Assembly (NCBI GenBank): GCA_963514005.1
Contig: OY740789.1
Span: forward strand, 13,206,001 to 13,270,000
DNA: 64,000 nucleotides
Reading direction: 5' to 3'
Source: Raja brachyura
Taxonomy: Eukaryota
The position numbers and the translations under genes are program-made. Below, piece after piece: positions 41,931 through 50,000 of the stretch. The notes under the pieces were generated by a model. The model searched no databases, had not been told where the DNA came from, and worked only from the letters and a program-made list of their open reading frames with translations. Each line of letters starts with the position of its first letter. Position 1 is the first letter of the stretch.

Positions 41931-44900
41931 TACGTGCAGGGCGGCACATGCGCACAACCACGGCCGATGATGTGCTGGCCAAAGATTCTCGCTATACAAT
42001 CTTTGGTGCTGGTCGTGGTTGTGCGCATGTGAAGGTGTGGGGGGGGGGGGGGGGTGCAGGCCGTGGCAGTGTGCATGTGTAAGGCGGCCTGCATTGGCCG
42101 ACGGATGAGGAGCGGGCGGAGAGCGGACAGCGAGACCCGGATGCGGGCGGAGAGAGAGAGATAGAGAGGGGGCCCGCTCAGAATTAAACAATAGGTGTCT
42201 CGGATGCTTGCCAAGCCGGGCAAAATGGTATGGCTTTTAGGTTGCAACTGCTAATTTAGAACCCTGACTATGTATAAACACAGCTGTAATTTATACATGG
42301 TGAAACCAAAATGTGTAAAAATGGCCTTTAATAAAATTTGACAATGCACTTTAACCACATGTGATTTTTTTTCTATTCCAAATCTCAAATTGTGGAGTAC
42401 AGTCAGAGGCAAATAAATAAATGATGGGTCTTTGTCCCAAATATTATGGGGGGCACAGTATATGTCATTTGTGTTGTTGTTTCAGTGTAATTAATTTTAA
42501 AAGAAATGAAACACCAATGATCATTTTTATTGTGTAGTTAATTTTTATTAACTGAAAAGTGTATTTTGGTAATTGTGCTGAAATGGCATTTCTAAATGTC
42601 TCTAAGTTAAAATATGTTCATGCATTATTGCAACTGTCCTTTCAAATCTACATTCTTTGACCAGACTTTTGTCTTGTACCTTTTGCACATGTTCCAGAAT
42701 TTTAAAAACAAAAGTTTATTCTTTGAGTTCACAGATCTACTTAAAACTGTATAATAGACATTTATTTTGCAATATTTCCAGTGTAATAGCAAGTTGTTTA
42801 AAAAAAAAGTAATTTTGATTTTAATTGAGCATAGGAAACCATATGCAAATATTCCTTGTGGAAAGCAATATATCAGTGTGAATTTAATATAGTCACATTA
42901 TTTGGCAAGAAGCAGTGCTTGAATTGGCATGCAAATTGCCTATTTGTAGAAGATTTTCAAAAAATGGCATGTGGGTTCTAATACATGATTTACTTTGGTA
43001 TTATGGGACTAATGTGAAACAGTAGTGCTGTTTGGTGATGTATTCGCAAAATATTTGCTGATGAGTGTCATGTTTTAAAAAAAAGGCAGAATGTCAGAAC
43101 AATGTCTGCCACAGAAACAAATGGAGGCATCATTGCAGTTTCAACGTCACTCAGTTTCTAACTGACTGGCCACTGGTGTTTTGGAAATATCCACTCTGAA
43201 ACTTCCACAACTTCACTGTGTACTATGTGAATCCTACAAATAGGTCTTTGAAAATGAATAGCATACACAAACGATGTTTAATGTGCATTTCTGAGATGCA
43301 CATGATGTTTTTAAATCACATGCCTGTCAGCTCAAATTAAAATCAATTATTTTGGCTTAAACGTCAATGGAAGAATAAAAGCTTTAATAGTTCAAACGCA
43401 ATGGGTTGGTTTGCTGTCCCCTCAGTGCATCTATTTGTGAAAACCTTGCTGTTTGTTGAGAAACTTTCTACGGGGAATTAATAATCAGTGAGAATTACGT
43501 TGGTACAGTACACAAAATAGAAACACTGATGGGTTTAAGGAAGAGTCTGACTTGTATGTAAATGAACTACATCAATGATCTATTTCTTGCCATTTTAATG
43601 GTCAACCAGCCAATGCTGTGCATTAGATACAGCAAGGGTGTTCAACTGTCAGCTCAACTTTAACACCATATACATGTATGTATATCTGTATGCATATATA
43701 CATATTTTTTTCATCGTGTGCATTCACTCCAAACCTGACTACAGAGCCTATGTTTTTGTTGTTCAGACAAGCTGGATGGGTTGAGGAGCAGCAACAAACG
43801 GAAGCGAGGTTGGCATGACAGTATTGCAAACCAATTGGAAAATTACCTTCAACTTCCTGATGACTATAACTCTCGTTCTTCAGAACCTGGAAAGAAACGG
43901 GTAAAGAAACTTAATTTAACTTAACTGCGCTTGTTGTATATACTGGATTGAAACATGTGAAATACAAAAGACTTATTTTGGGATCTAAGTGTTTCTGGAA
44001 AAGCCTGCATGGATTTGCCTGCCCCCAATTGCCCTTAGAAAGTTGATGATAAGCTGCCAAAATGTGCAGGAAAGAACTGCAGATGCTGGTTTAGTTCAAG
44101 GGTAAACACAAAATGCCGGAGTAGCTCAGCAGGACAGGCAGCATCATGATAAGCTGCCACCTTCAACTGTTACATTCCATTCGGAGCCAGTGAACTCACT
44201 GACAATATTCACACTCACAGTGACAGGATCTAATACTTGGCAGTCGACAATAGAATCTGGAATAACAATTTTATCTTCAATGCTGCTTTTATTCATGTTA
44301 TCCTCAACAGTAATCTCATCCAACAAGGCAGTATATCTTTCACCACCACACATCTAAATGTTGGAGACTTACTAGTTTAAGGCATTCCCATAAAGCTTCT
44401 GGGCAATGAGCTCTGAGATTTAGGCTTGGCAGTGATGACATTTTGAATAATGTTTCGAAGTCGGAATATTGTGCCTCAAATGTGGTTTACAAGTACCTTA
44501 GTTCTTGTCCTCCTTGATAGTACAATTCAGAGGTTTAGACGGTGTTGCTGGAGTAGCCTAGGCACATAACTGCCTCCATATTGTAAATTGTATACATTCT
44601 AACTACTGCAAGCTCATGGCTGAGGAAATGGATATTTTAGGTGGTGAATGGGACTTGGATATTATTGAACCTCTTCAGTGTTGGGGCCTGACTCATCCTG
44701 GCCAACTTACCCCTCGAAATGTACTTTTTTATGATCAAATGTGAAATGTGACAAATGGCCTTCTGCAACAACATGGTTGGAGCTGTACTCATGCAAACAT
44801 ACGTACTTTTCCAATTGTACTGCGTATGGTCAAAAATCAAATCTAAAAATGTAGGTGTTAATGTTCAGTCATTTTAGCAGTGGGATACATGATTTTAAAA

Positions 44901-45356
44901 AAGAATTTAACCAGTGAGAGTTATTTCTCGGGGGTTACACAAAAAGCTGAAGAAACTCAGCGGGTGTAGCAGCATCTAAGGAGCGAAGGAGATAGGCGAC
45001 GTTTTGGGTCGAGAGTTATTTCTCCATGTCTTTATGATAATACTAAATTCTACCAATGAAAAACATTAATTTTGTAGAATAAACAGTGACGTGAATTATT
45101 CTACATAGTATTTTAGATTAATGATATGCTTCTGGTGGGGAGGAAGAAAAGTAATATTTATTTGAACTCCTCCCCCCCCCCCCCCCCCCCCCCTCCCCAT
45201 CTGCTTTAGGTGAGATGGGCAGATTTGGAAGAGGAGAAAGATGCTGAGCGCAAACGAGCCATAGGATTTGTGGTTGGACAAACAGACTGGGAGAAAATTA
45301 CAGATGAAAAAGGCGAATTAGCACAGCGAGCATTGAACCGCACTAAATATTTCTAA
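688..45356 (+). CDS. YLPM1: YLP motif-containing protein 1 (ZAP3), 5'-partial; join(688..768,1957..2229,5079..5264,7362..8437,9716..13306,15464..15578,16217..16442,17629..17718,18917..19091,20838..20989,21985..22130,23272..23334,24033..24152,25579..25755,26265..26348,28686..28769,29561..29671,32079..32130,43767..43900,45210..45356)
   Basis: All introns are GT..AG and phases are consistent (7083 nt including TAA). Recognised YLPM1 peptides: QQQYWYQQHL, LQAAAAQWQQ, MQLRHLEMQQQQF, HEIILKAAQELK, TVDYGHGR, NVDDILK.PGR.SRP, IVVIMRGLPGSGKTHVAKLIR, KSKWEMDTSE, PGKKRVRWADLEE, IGFVVGQTDWEKITD, ALNRTKYF*. Confidence 0.96.
1150..1745 (-). mobile_element. CR1-type LINE 3' fragment (RT C-terminus)
   Basis: ORF 1425..1742 contains LYKTLVRPCLEYCVQFW. 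Boundaries approximate. Confidence 0.85.
1757..1925 (-). mobile_element. tRNA-derived SINE (HE1/V-SINE-like) fragment
   Basis: Reverse complement resembles the SINE at 4262-4568; (taaac)n tail. Confidence 0.75.
1957..2229 (+). CDS. YLPM1: YLPM1 exon (QQQQQYWYQQHLQNLQK...PPPPPPEEAK)
   Basis: ctgcag acceptor (tandem CAGCAGCAG), AAG|gtagac donor; lies within ORF 1900..2259. Confidence 0.9.
2370..3633 (-). mobile_element. Probable non-autonomous Helitron with an internal C/T-rich tract and GC-rich core
   Basis: The minus strand begins A|TCTA.. (~3633/3629) and ends with hairpin gggatccaatgggcccc (2397-2381) followed by CTAA|T (CTRR). No TIR or TSD. Confidence 0.55.
4262..4568 (+). mobile_element. 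Near full-length tRNA-derived SINE (HE1/V-SINE-like)
   Basis: Box A-like tggcgcagcgg, box B gggttcgatccc, conserved core, CR1-like tail gggccgaagggcctgtttcc..ctaaactaaa. Further copies near 830-1030(-), 28140-28415(-), 36370-36600, 40420-40640(-), 40810-41400 and 50090-50360(-). Confidence 0.85.
5079..5264 (+). CDS. YLPM1: YLPM1 exon (PTIQPPENPEEAERMKMLQAAAAQWQQ...HHIQ)
   Basis: poly-T ttcttag acceptor, CAG|gttagt donor; conserved Q-rich block. Confidence 0.95.
5345..6850 (+). mobile_element. CR1-type LINE 3' part, split by a nested insertion at 5484-6496
   Basis: The CR1 sequence ..gcgcaggaggataagg resumes as gatgagggatgatct.. after 6496. Confidence 0.8.
5484..6496. mobile_element. Non-autonomous DNA transposon (hAT-like), ~1 kb
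   Basis: Imperfect TIRs TAGGTATGTTGTAAAA / TTTTGTAACATTGCTA (12/16); flanks gataagg / gatgagg. Confidence 0.65.
7362..8437 (+). CDS. YLPM1: YLPM1 exon, Q-rich helical block followed by a Pro/Met-rich region
   Basis: tttctttag acceptor, AG|gtaatt donor (phase 2); ORF 7365..8441. Confidence 0.95.
7807..7909 (+). repeat. Coding 21-bp tandem repeat (TGTCTCAGGCTCCTCCTTCCA) x4 plus one variant, encoding SQAPPSM heptads
   Basis: Units read directly at 7807, 7828, 7849, 7870 and 7891. Confidence 0.95.
9716..13306 (+). CDS. YLPM1: YLPM1 giant exon (3591 nt): G-rich FEG/RGG repeats, R/D/E-rich region, HEIILKAAQELK
   Basis: cagtag tandem acceptor, CG|gtaagt donor; ORF 9687..13310 (1207 aa). Confidence 0.95.
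10270..11840 (+). repeat. Degenerate coding repeat, ~7-9 aa units of the G-[RH]-F-[ED]-G-[QP]-G type
   Basis: About 40 F-anchored units in the translation, e.g. GRGGHFEGQ repeated. Confidence 0.9.
14745..15175 (+). mobile_element. CR1-type LINE RT fragment
   Basis: HGFVPSKSCLTNLVEFF and WIQNWL..RRQRV..VTSGVLQG motifs, frameshifted. Confidence 0.85.
15464..15578 (+). CDS. YLPM1: YLPM1 exon (R ELQEIERV...GKDFYK)
   Basis: actaac branch point plus ttttgcttttcag acceptor, AAG|gtgagt donor; phase 2->0 bridges its neighbours. Confidence 0.85.
16217..16442 (+). CDS. YLPM1: YLPM1 exon (..SERWDTDTFHGLWD..KPPPIQKTVDYGHGR)
   Basis: ttgcag acceptor, G|gtaagc donor; conserved motifs. Confidence 0.92.
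17629..17718 (+). CDS. YLPM1: YLPM1 exon (DSGPGRIEQIPYGERVSLGPEPIRERIFDK)
   Basis: actttcag acceptor, G|gtaggt donor; EQIPYGER motif. Confidence 0.93.
17729..18770 (+). mobile_element. CR1-type LINE 3' part with a nested antisense CR1 tail (~17907-18067)
   Basis: ORF 18060..18449 contains HLEYCVQFWAP..LERVQRRFTRMLPGL. Confidence 0.88.
18917..19091 (+). CDS. YLPM1: YLPM1 exon, R/D-rich
   Basis: tttcacttag acceptor, AG|gtaagc donor; RDRY..RRDFDRE..FDRERF. Confidence 0.92.
20838..20989 (+). CDS. YLPM1: YLPM1 exon (..RGGFDRPPQFDRLSDRPPFD..FG)
   Basis: attgcag acceptor, G|gtaact donor. Confidence 0.92.
21554..21778. other. Assembly gap (225 N) in a YLPM1 intron
   Basis: Run of N. The flanking exon phases join without needing an exon in the gap. 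Confidence 0.99.
21985..22130 (+). CDS. YLPM1: YLPM1 exon (..PRVEKKPESKNVDDILKVPGRQSRPDR)
   Basis: ttccag acceptor, AGG|gttagt donor; conserved motif. Confidence 0.95.
23272..23334 (+). CDS. YLPM1: YLPM1 exon with Walker A/P-loop (IVVIMRGLPGSGKTHVAKLIR)
   Basis: ttacag acceptor, CGT|gtgagt donor; GxxGxGKT motif. Confidence 0.97.
24033..24152 (+). CDS. YLPM1: YLPM1 exon (DKEVEYGGAAPRVLSLDDYFMTEVEK..VKKK)
   Basis: ctttcag acceptor, AAG|gtatgt donor. Confidence 0.96.
24644..24859. mobile_element. hAT (Charlie-like) MITE
   Basis: TIRs CAGCGGTTCCCAACCT / AGGTTGGAAACCCTTG; 8-bp TSD atctaagc / gtctaagc. Confidence 0.85.
25579..25755 (+). CDS. YLPM1: YLPM1 exon (VLEYEYEPEMEDTYRSSMFKTFRKTLDDGFFPFIIVD..AKTKGFE)
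   Basis: cattag acceptor, GAG|gtaagg donor; hhhhD strand of the P-loop domain. Confidence 0.96.
26265..26348 (+). CDS. YLPM1: YLPM1 exon (VYIAEMSADNQTCVKRNIHGRKLKEINK)
   Basis: gtccag acceptor, AAG|gtgaat donor. Confidence 0.95.
26755..27220 (-). mobile_element. CR1-type LINE 3' fragment
   Basis: Resembles the reverse complement of the CR1 tail at 18400-18770. Confidence 0.75.
28686..28769 (+). CDS. YLPM1: YLPM1 exon (MADHWDSTPRHMLRLDIRSLLQDAAIED)
   Basis: cctttatag acceptor, GAT|gtaaga donor. Confidence 0.95.
29561..29671 (+). CDS. YLPM1: YLPM1 exon, acidic (VEMEDFD...EEEYET)
   Basis: ttctttag acceptor, ACG|gtagga donor. Confidence 0.92.
32079..32130 (+). CDS. YLPM1: YLPM1 exon (GFVTKSKWEMDTSEENL)
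   Basis: gatttag acceptor after (TG)n, G|gtaggt donor. Confidence 0.94.
35783..36012. mobile_element. MITE with GG(G/A)CCTGTCCCAC TIRs (PIF/Harbinger-like)
   Basis: Long imperfect TIRs; internal sequence shared with 60290-60505. Confidence 0.8.
39599..39626 (+). ncRNA. Minimal hammerhead-ribozyme-like motif, copy 1 (CUGAAGA core intact, cleavage triplet GGC)
   Basis: CTGAAGA-A-GGGTCTCGACAC-GAAA-CG-GC. Confidence 0.55.
40326..40353 (+). ncRNA. Minimal hammerhead-ribozyme-like motif, copy 2 (CCGAAGA variant core, intact GUC)
   Basis: CCGAAGA-A-GGGTC-TC-GACCC-GAAA-CG-TC: perfect stem II and an ACGT palindrome in place of stem III. Confidence 0.55.
41858..41927. repeat. (CA)n microsatellite
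   Basis: Read directly. Confidence 0.97.
42268..42460. mobile_element. Tc1/mariner-like terminal fragment
   Basis: Ends gtcccaaatattatggggggcacag|TA, resembling the reverse complement of a CAGTGCCC.. TIR. No partner end found. Confidence 0.45.
43767..43900 (+). CDS. YLPM1: YLPM1 exon (DKLDGLRSSNKRKR..YLQLPDDYNSRSSEPGKKR)
   Basis: gttcag acceptor, CGG|gtaaag donor. Confidence 0.95.
45210..45356 (+). CDS. YLPM1: YLPM1 last coding exon (VRWADLEEEKDAERKRAIGFVVGQTDWEKITD...TKYF*)
   Basis: Acceptor after a poly-C tract; TAA at 45354-45356; the exon continues to a GAG|gtaagt donor after 45387. Confidence 0.96.
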   Translation: MRWADLEEEKDAERKRAIGFVVGQTDWEKITDEKGELAQRALNRTKYF

Positions 45357-46724
45357 GGAACCATTTGAATTGTTTTTTTACAATGAGGTAAGTAATAATC
45401 TGAATCAAATTATGTTTTAATTTGTGGCACAATATGTACTATAGTTAAGTAGAGGTTCATTGTATGCTTTTAAGTAAACTCCATTGCTTTGTTGAAAATT
45501 TTACTATTGTGAAGTAAAATTTCTAACTCAATTTCCTTTGAATTTAAATTGAATGCGGCTTGCTACGTTAACTCATGACGGGTTACATTCTTGCAATCTA
45601 ACCCAATTTGTTATTAGCATGAAACTTTGATATCTGTCTTATACCTGTGTCTAATTTCCCCGTCTCCATTGGGTGTCAAGGGGAAAAAATTAAAGCCCCA
45701 GACCGCCACCATTTGAATTACTGAAAATTGAAACATCGGAGATGGAAATTGCACATATATGATGCTTAAGGTGAAAGCCAGTTACCAGAAAGTAAACAAA
45801 TTTCCTGGATTTCTTGCACATTGAGCAGCAATTATCTGAATTTGGCCAAATTTATTGAGACAATGTTTTCTACAACAAATAAATTGTAGAAGTAACTTTT
45901 GAATATGACTCCTGAATTGTAATATTGTGGTGAGATTTTTCTCTCCCATGATAGATTTTCTCCAGTAAAAGCTCCAGCAGACTTGAGTTCCATTTCTGTG
46001 TGGAGTTTGCAGAGTCTCCAATTTTGTCTGGTTTTCTCTCCCATACCAAAGTTGATAGATCAATTGGCTACTAGATTAGTTTAGTTTATTATTGTCACAA
46101 GGTACAGTGAAAGCTTTTTTTATTGCCTGCTATCCAGTCAACAAAGGTGGCACGTGAATGCAATCAAGCCGTCCACTGTGTACAGATAAAGGGTACTATA
46201 ATTGATCCCGAGTGAAGGAATTAAGCATGTGAGAGAATAGGTTACATAGGAAATGGTGTCAGACCTGGTGGGTGAAATGGCTGCCAATTTAAGGAAGAGT
46301 CTAATGTCCTAAGAAAATATAAAATATAAATGCAACTATCAACATTCATGGCACAAATTCACCTATGTATTCAGAGCCATGCCTGGATTTCTGCTGTAAA
46401 TCATACTTTTCTCTGTTATGCAGAGGGAGTGTATTTTAGGATTGTGCATGTGCTCATTTGGCTACAATGCCATCACCCCAGGGGCCGTGGAGGGGACATT
46501 TATTAAGTTACCAGCTACACTGAATACTTTGAATACAGTCTCAACTTAATGAAGGAAGACAAATGTATGATTCCTCTAAGGTCAGATCCCATGCATGCTA
46601 TTGCTGCAGCCACGGGCAATGTCAAATATTTAATGGCAATCAATAACTTAAAACTATTCAGCTTTCTTAATGGTTTTAAGTATTAATTGGATTAAATGTA
46701 ATGATTTTTCCATTTCCTCCATAG

Positions 46725-47090
46725 GCTCTGCGATAACAGTGGAGAATAAGGGCAAGAGATCTTTCGTAATGGTTGGGCATACAAGAAATTTCACAATTTG
46801 AGTTTTTTTGTTTTATTTACTGTTACACTGAATGTACGAGCAACTAGACTATTGGTGGTTGACTTATCTTATTAGTGGCCTGTGAGATTTTTTTTTAAGT
46901 TAATCGGTAGTGTCATTAAAATCTTAAGTTGAAACCACACTAATTGTAATCCAGTGTGTCCTGAGCCTGCTATCATGGCTTTTCTTCATCAGCTCGTTTT
47001 TTTAATATATTGTATTAATGTATTGTTCCTTATTCTGTCCATAACAATTGTAATTTTAAGGAGCAATAAAGTTAATTTGAAACCAAGGAA
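46725..47090 (+). other. YLPM1: Probable terminal non-coding (3'-UTR) exon of YLPM1; may extend to ~48.5-49.7 kb
   Basis: Strong acceptor tttttccatttcctccatag ending at 46724 pairs with the unused donor after 45387; AATAAA at 47065-47070. The end point is inferred. Confidence 0.6.
47065..47070 (+). promoter_or_regulatory. Candidate polyadenylation signal AATAAA
   Basis: Canonical hexamer in the inferred terminal exon with GT-rich sequence downstream; another AATAAA lies at 48434-48439. Confidence 0.5.
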
Positions 47091-50000
47091 CAGTTCATGT
47101 GTCTACACAGCATGGGAGTTCCAACATATGTGTGTTTATTAAGTGTTCAGCATTTCTGTTTTTACTTTGAGATATCATTCCAGCGTTTTCATTTTGGACA
47201 GTGAATGCCCCGATCTTGCTTGACATTTGGAAGAAGCGGTAGCTAGTGTGTCCATCATTTCTGATGGCGCATGGGGGAGGGCACTTCAGAGTTCTGGAGG
47301 TGTGTACTGTTCCACATGATACCACGCGGCTGGATTGTGCACACTTTCAGCACCAGTTAAATGCATTGTTATCAAAGTGCGAAATACCAGAAATGAGAAT
47401 ATCATCTTATTAGAAATGTTAACAATTACAGTTTATTTTGTGCTCTGCTGTAGATGTATCACATTTACTCTCACAATGCAGCTGCGAAAAGGGGTATGAC
47501 TGAGAATGAAAAATTGCAATTTAAATGTATATTAGAAATTTTGCAATATTTATTCTGAGTTAAACTTTAAATTTGTTTGAATTGAAGAAAGCTATTATTC
47601 TAAAGCTTTTTGAAGTCTATTTTGGGAAATATATGTGCCAGAATTATATTTTTCAGAAGGGAGAAAAGTGTGATTTTCCAAGTAATGAAATTCTGTATGC
47701 TTTTCTGTTGCTGATAAAATATTTGTGATATTTCAAATTTACCGAAGACAGCCTCTTAATGTCATTTGGATTCAAAGCATGTCAAAGTATTAAATTATTA
47801 ATTTAAATTTTGGTGTAAAGCAATTAGACTTTGGTATTTGTGATAGCGAAAGCTGCAGCTGTGATTAATTTCACTATGCATGCTAACTGAAGAACCGATA
47901 TTATTAAAACATTCTAATGGTGTTACACTGTTGGACAGAAGAAAAGCATTTATTCTATGCTATTCTTTCACAATTATTAGAAAATACTTTGGCTGTTGGT
48001 TCAAGTTGTTTAATACATTGGAGTCGTTTTTAAAAATGAGTGTGTATAGAACTGTTAAATATCACTGTCATGTTTTGGTACGAATCAATTGTAGACCAGA
48101 GCTTTATTTTTAAAAAAGATACTCTTTTTAGAGTTCCCTATTGGAATTTAAGGTAGTTTCTTTTGATCTGATTTCTTTACATCTGGATGCTGTTTTTATA
48201 CCTCCTTACAGAATGATTTATAGCTCAAGTAGGTATTTTTTTGAGATTCTGTGGTTTTGCTTTGTCCGACCTAAAACCAGGACAGATTTCAGACAAAACA
48301 TCAACTATCGTCCTACGTATTGATCTAAGTTAACTAAAATGTAATTCACTGCCTTTTTGGCCTAATCTGTTGTGAAATATTCGCTTTTCATTTGCAGTAA
48401 TTGAGTTCCTACGTATCTTCAGCTTGCTTCGTAAATAAATGTCTTTAAAAAACCATTTGTGCATCGGTCTATACGCTGAGAGAAAAACATTCTTTATTAC
48501 CAACTTACCTTTGTTCTTTGTATCCATTGTGTTAATGTTTGCACGCTACCCTGTTGGACATGTGAATTCTGATATGGGCTAAATATTGAAAACTGAATTA
48601 GTTGGAAATCTTTTGTCTTCATGTGTGTTTTATTATGATTTAAAATCAAAATACATCATTAGGATTTTGCAGAACATGTCCTCTAGGAATGTAAAACAAC
48701 ACTGAATTGCCTGCATATGGCATTGACATAATCTGGTATACTGCTAGCAAATTCTATCGTCTTTATCAAGCTGTTATAATAGCACAAACTGTTAAAGTTG
48801 ATGTTCATTATTATGAAACAAACTATACATGAGTGTTCTATTTTCTCATGCTTTGATGGCAAGGTTACCATAAAATGTCCGTCCATTAATTGCCACTTTG
48901 AGGCGTTATATTGTGTCGTCATCTTAAACTACTGCAGAGCGTTTGGTTACGATACCCCTGGGCTGTTGGGCTTTGAGTTCTGGAACTTGTGAAGATGCCA
49001 AAACGGTGATATATTTGGGATGATTTATGATATAGAGAAGAACTTGCAGGCTTATTGCCATTTTACTTTGTGTCTCATTGGCATTATCTTGTCTTCCCCA
49101 AATGCTATCTCTTCCTCCTGTTTAAGAAAAAAATCAAAATGTAGTGTAACAAAGGAATTTTGTGAGCCTCAACTAAGAAGCACAAGAACTTCTAAAAGGA
49201 ATGGATTGACTATATCACTTTGATTGCAAACTGAATGTGGTGTTTTATCCAAGAATGCAAATATAAAAGATTGGTGCAATATATGATCACTAAATATTTT
49301 ATAATAATTTGCCAATTTATTAATATGCTATATGTGATCTGGAAATCAAAATTAGTCAAATATTTTTGCCTGAATGAAATAACAAGGATCTATTGATGCT
49401 CCGTACCGAATCACATGAAATTATTTTAGTTCCTTCATAACAGTTGCAGCACACCGCAGTGGTGCTGCTAGGATAAGTAAACTATCTAACTATTTGGATT
49501 AAGTTGCTTGCAAACTTTGCATGGGGTTTTATGGATCATATTTGCACTTGTACCATTTGTAAACAACTGGGTTGACAAATTAATGAGAACTAAGACGTTG
49601 TAAATTAAATGGTGTGTTCTTTTTAAAAAGGTACTTTCCAGATTTTGCTATTTTGTTGTAGCAAATCGAGGCTGCTTAAGCATTTTTCTAGAGGTACAGA
49701 GCTGGATGAGAGTACAAAATCTGTTTTGCTAAATCTGTTTCAATCTTCCATTTTTGTACAAACGGAACTGCAGATGCTGGTTAATGCACAAAAGAACAAA
49801 AAGTGCTGGAGTAACTTGGCGGTTCAGGCAGCATCTGTGGAGAATATGGGTAGGTGATGGGTCAAGAAGAAGGGTATCGAACTGATACGTCACTTATCTA
49901 TGTTCTCCAGGTATACTGCCTGACCCACTATGTTACAGTACTTAGTGTCTTTTTCTATTCTTTGTTGCTATTTCTTCCTCCAATTTTGCTTTATTGGTGT

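Noticed and set aside
41628-42247. HTHT/CVCV ORFs
   Set aside because: Translations of the (CA)n microsatellite.
29880-44012. Several scattered TGCATG motifs
   Set aside because: Only modestly above chance frequency and not clustered at exons; cannot be supported without conservation data.
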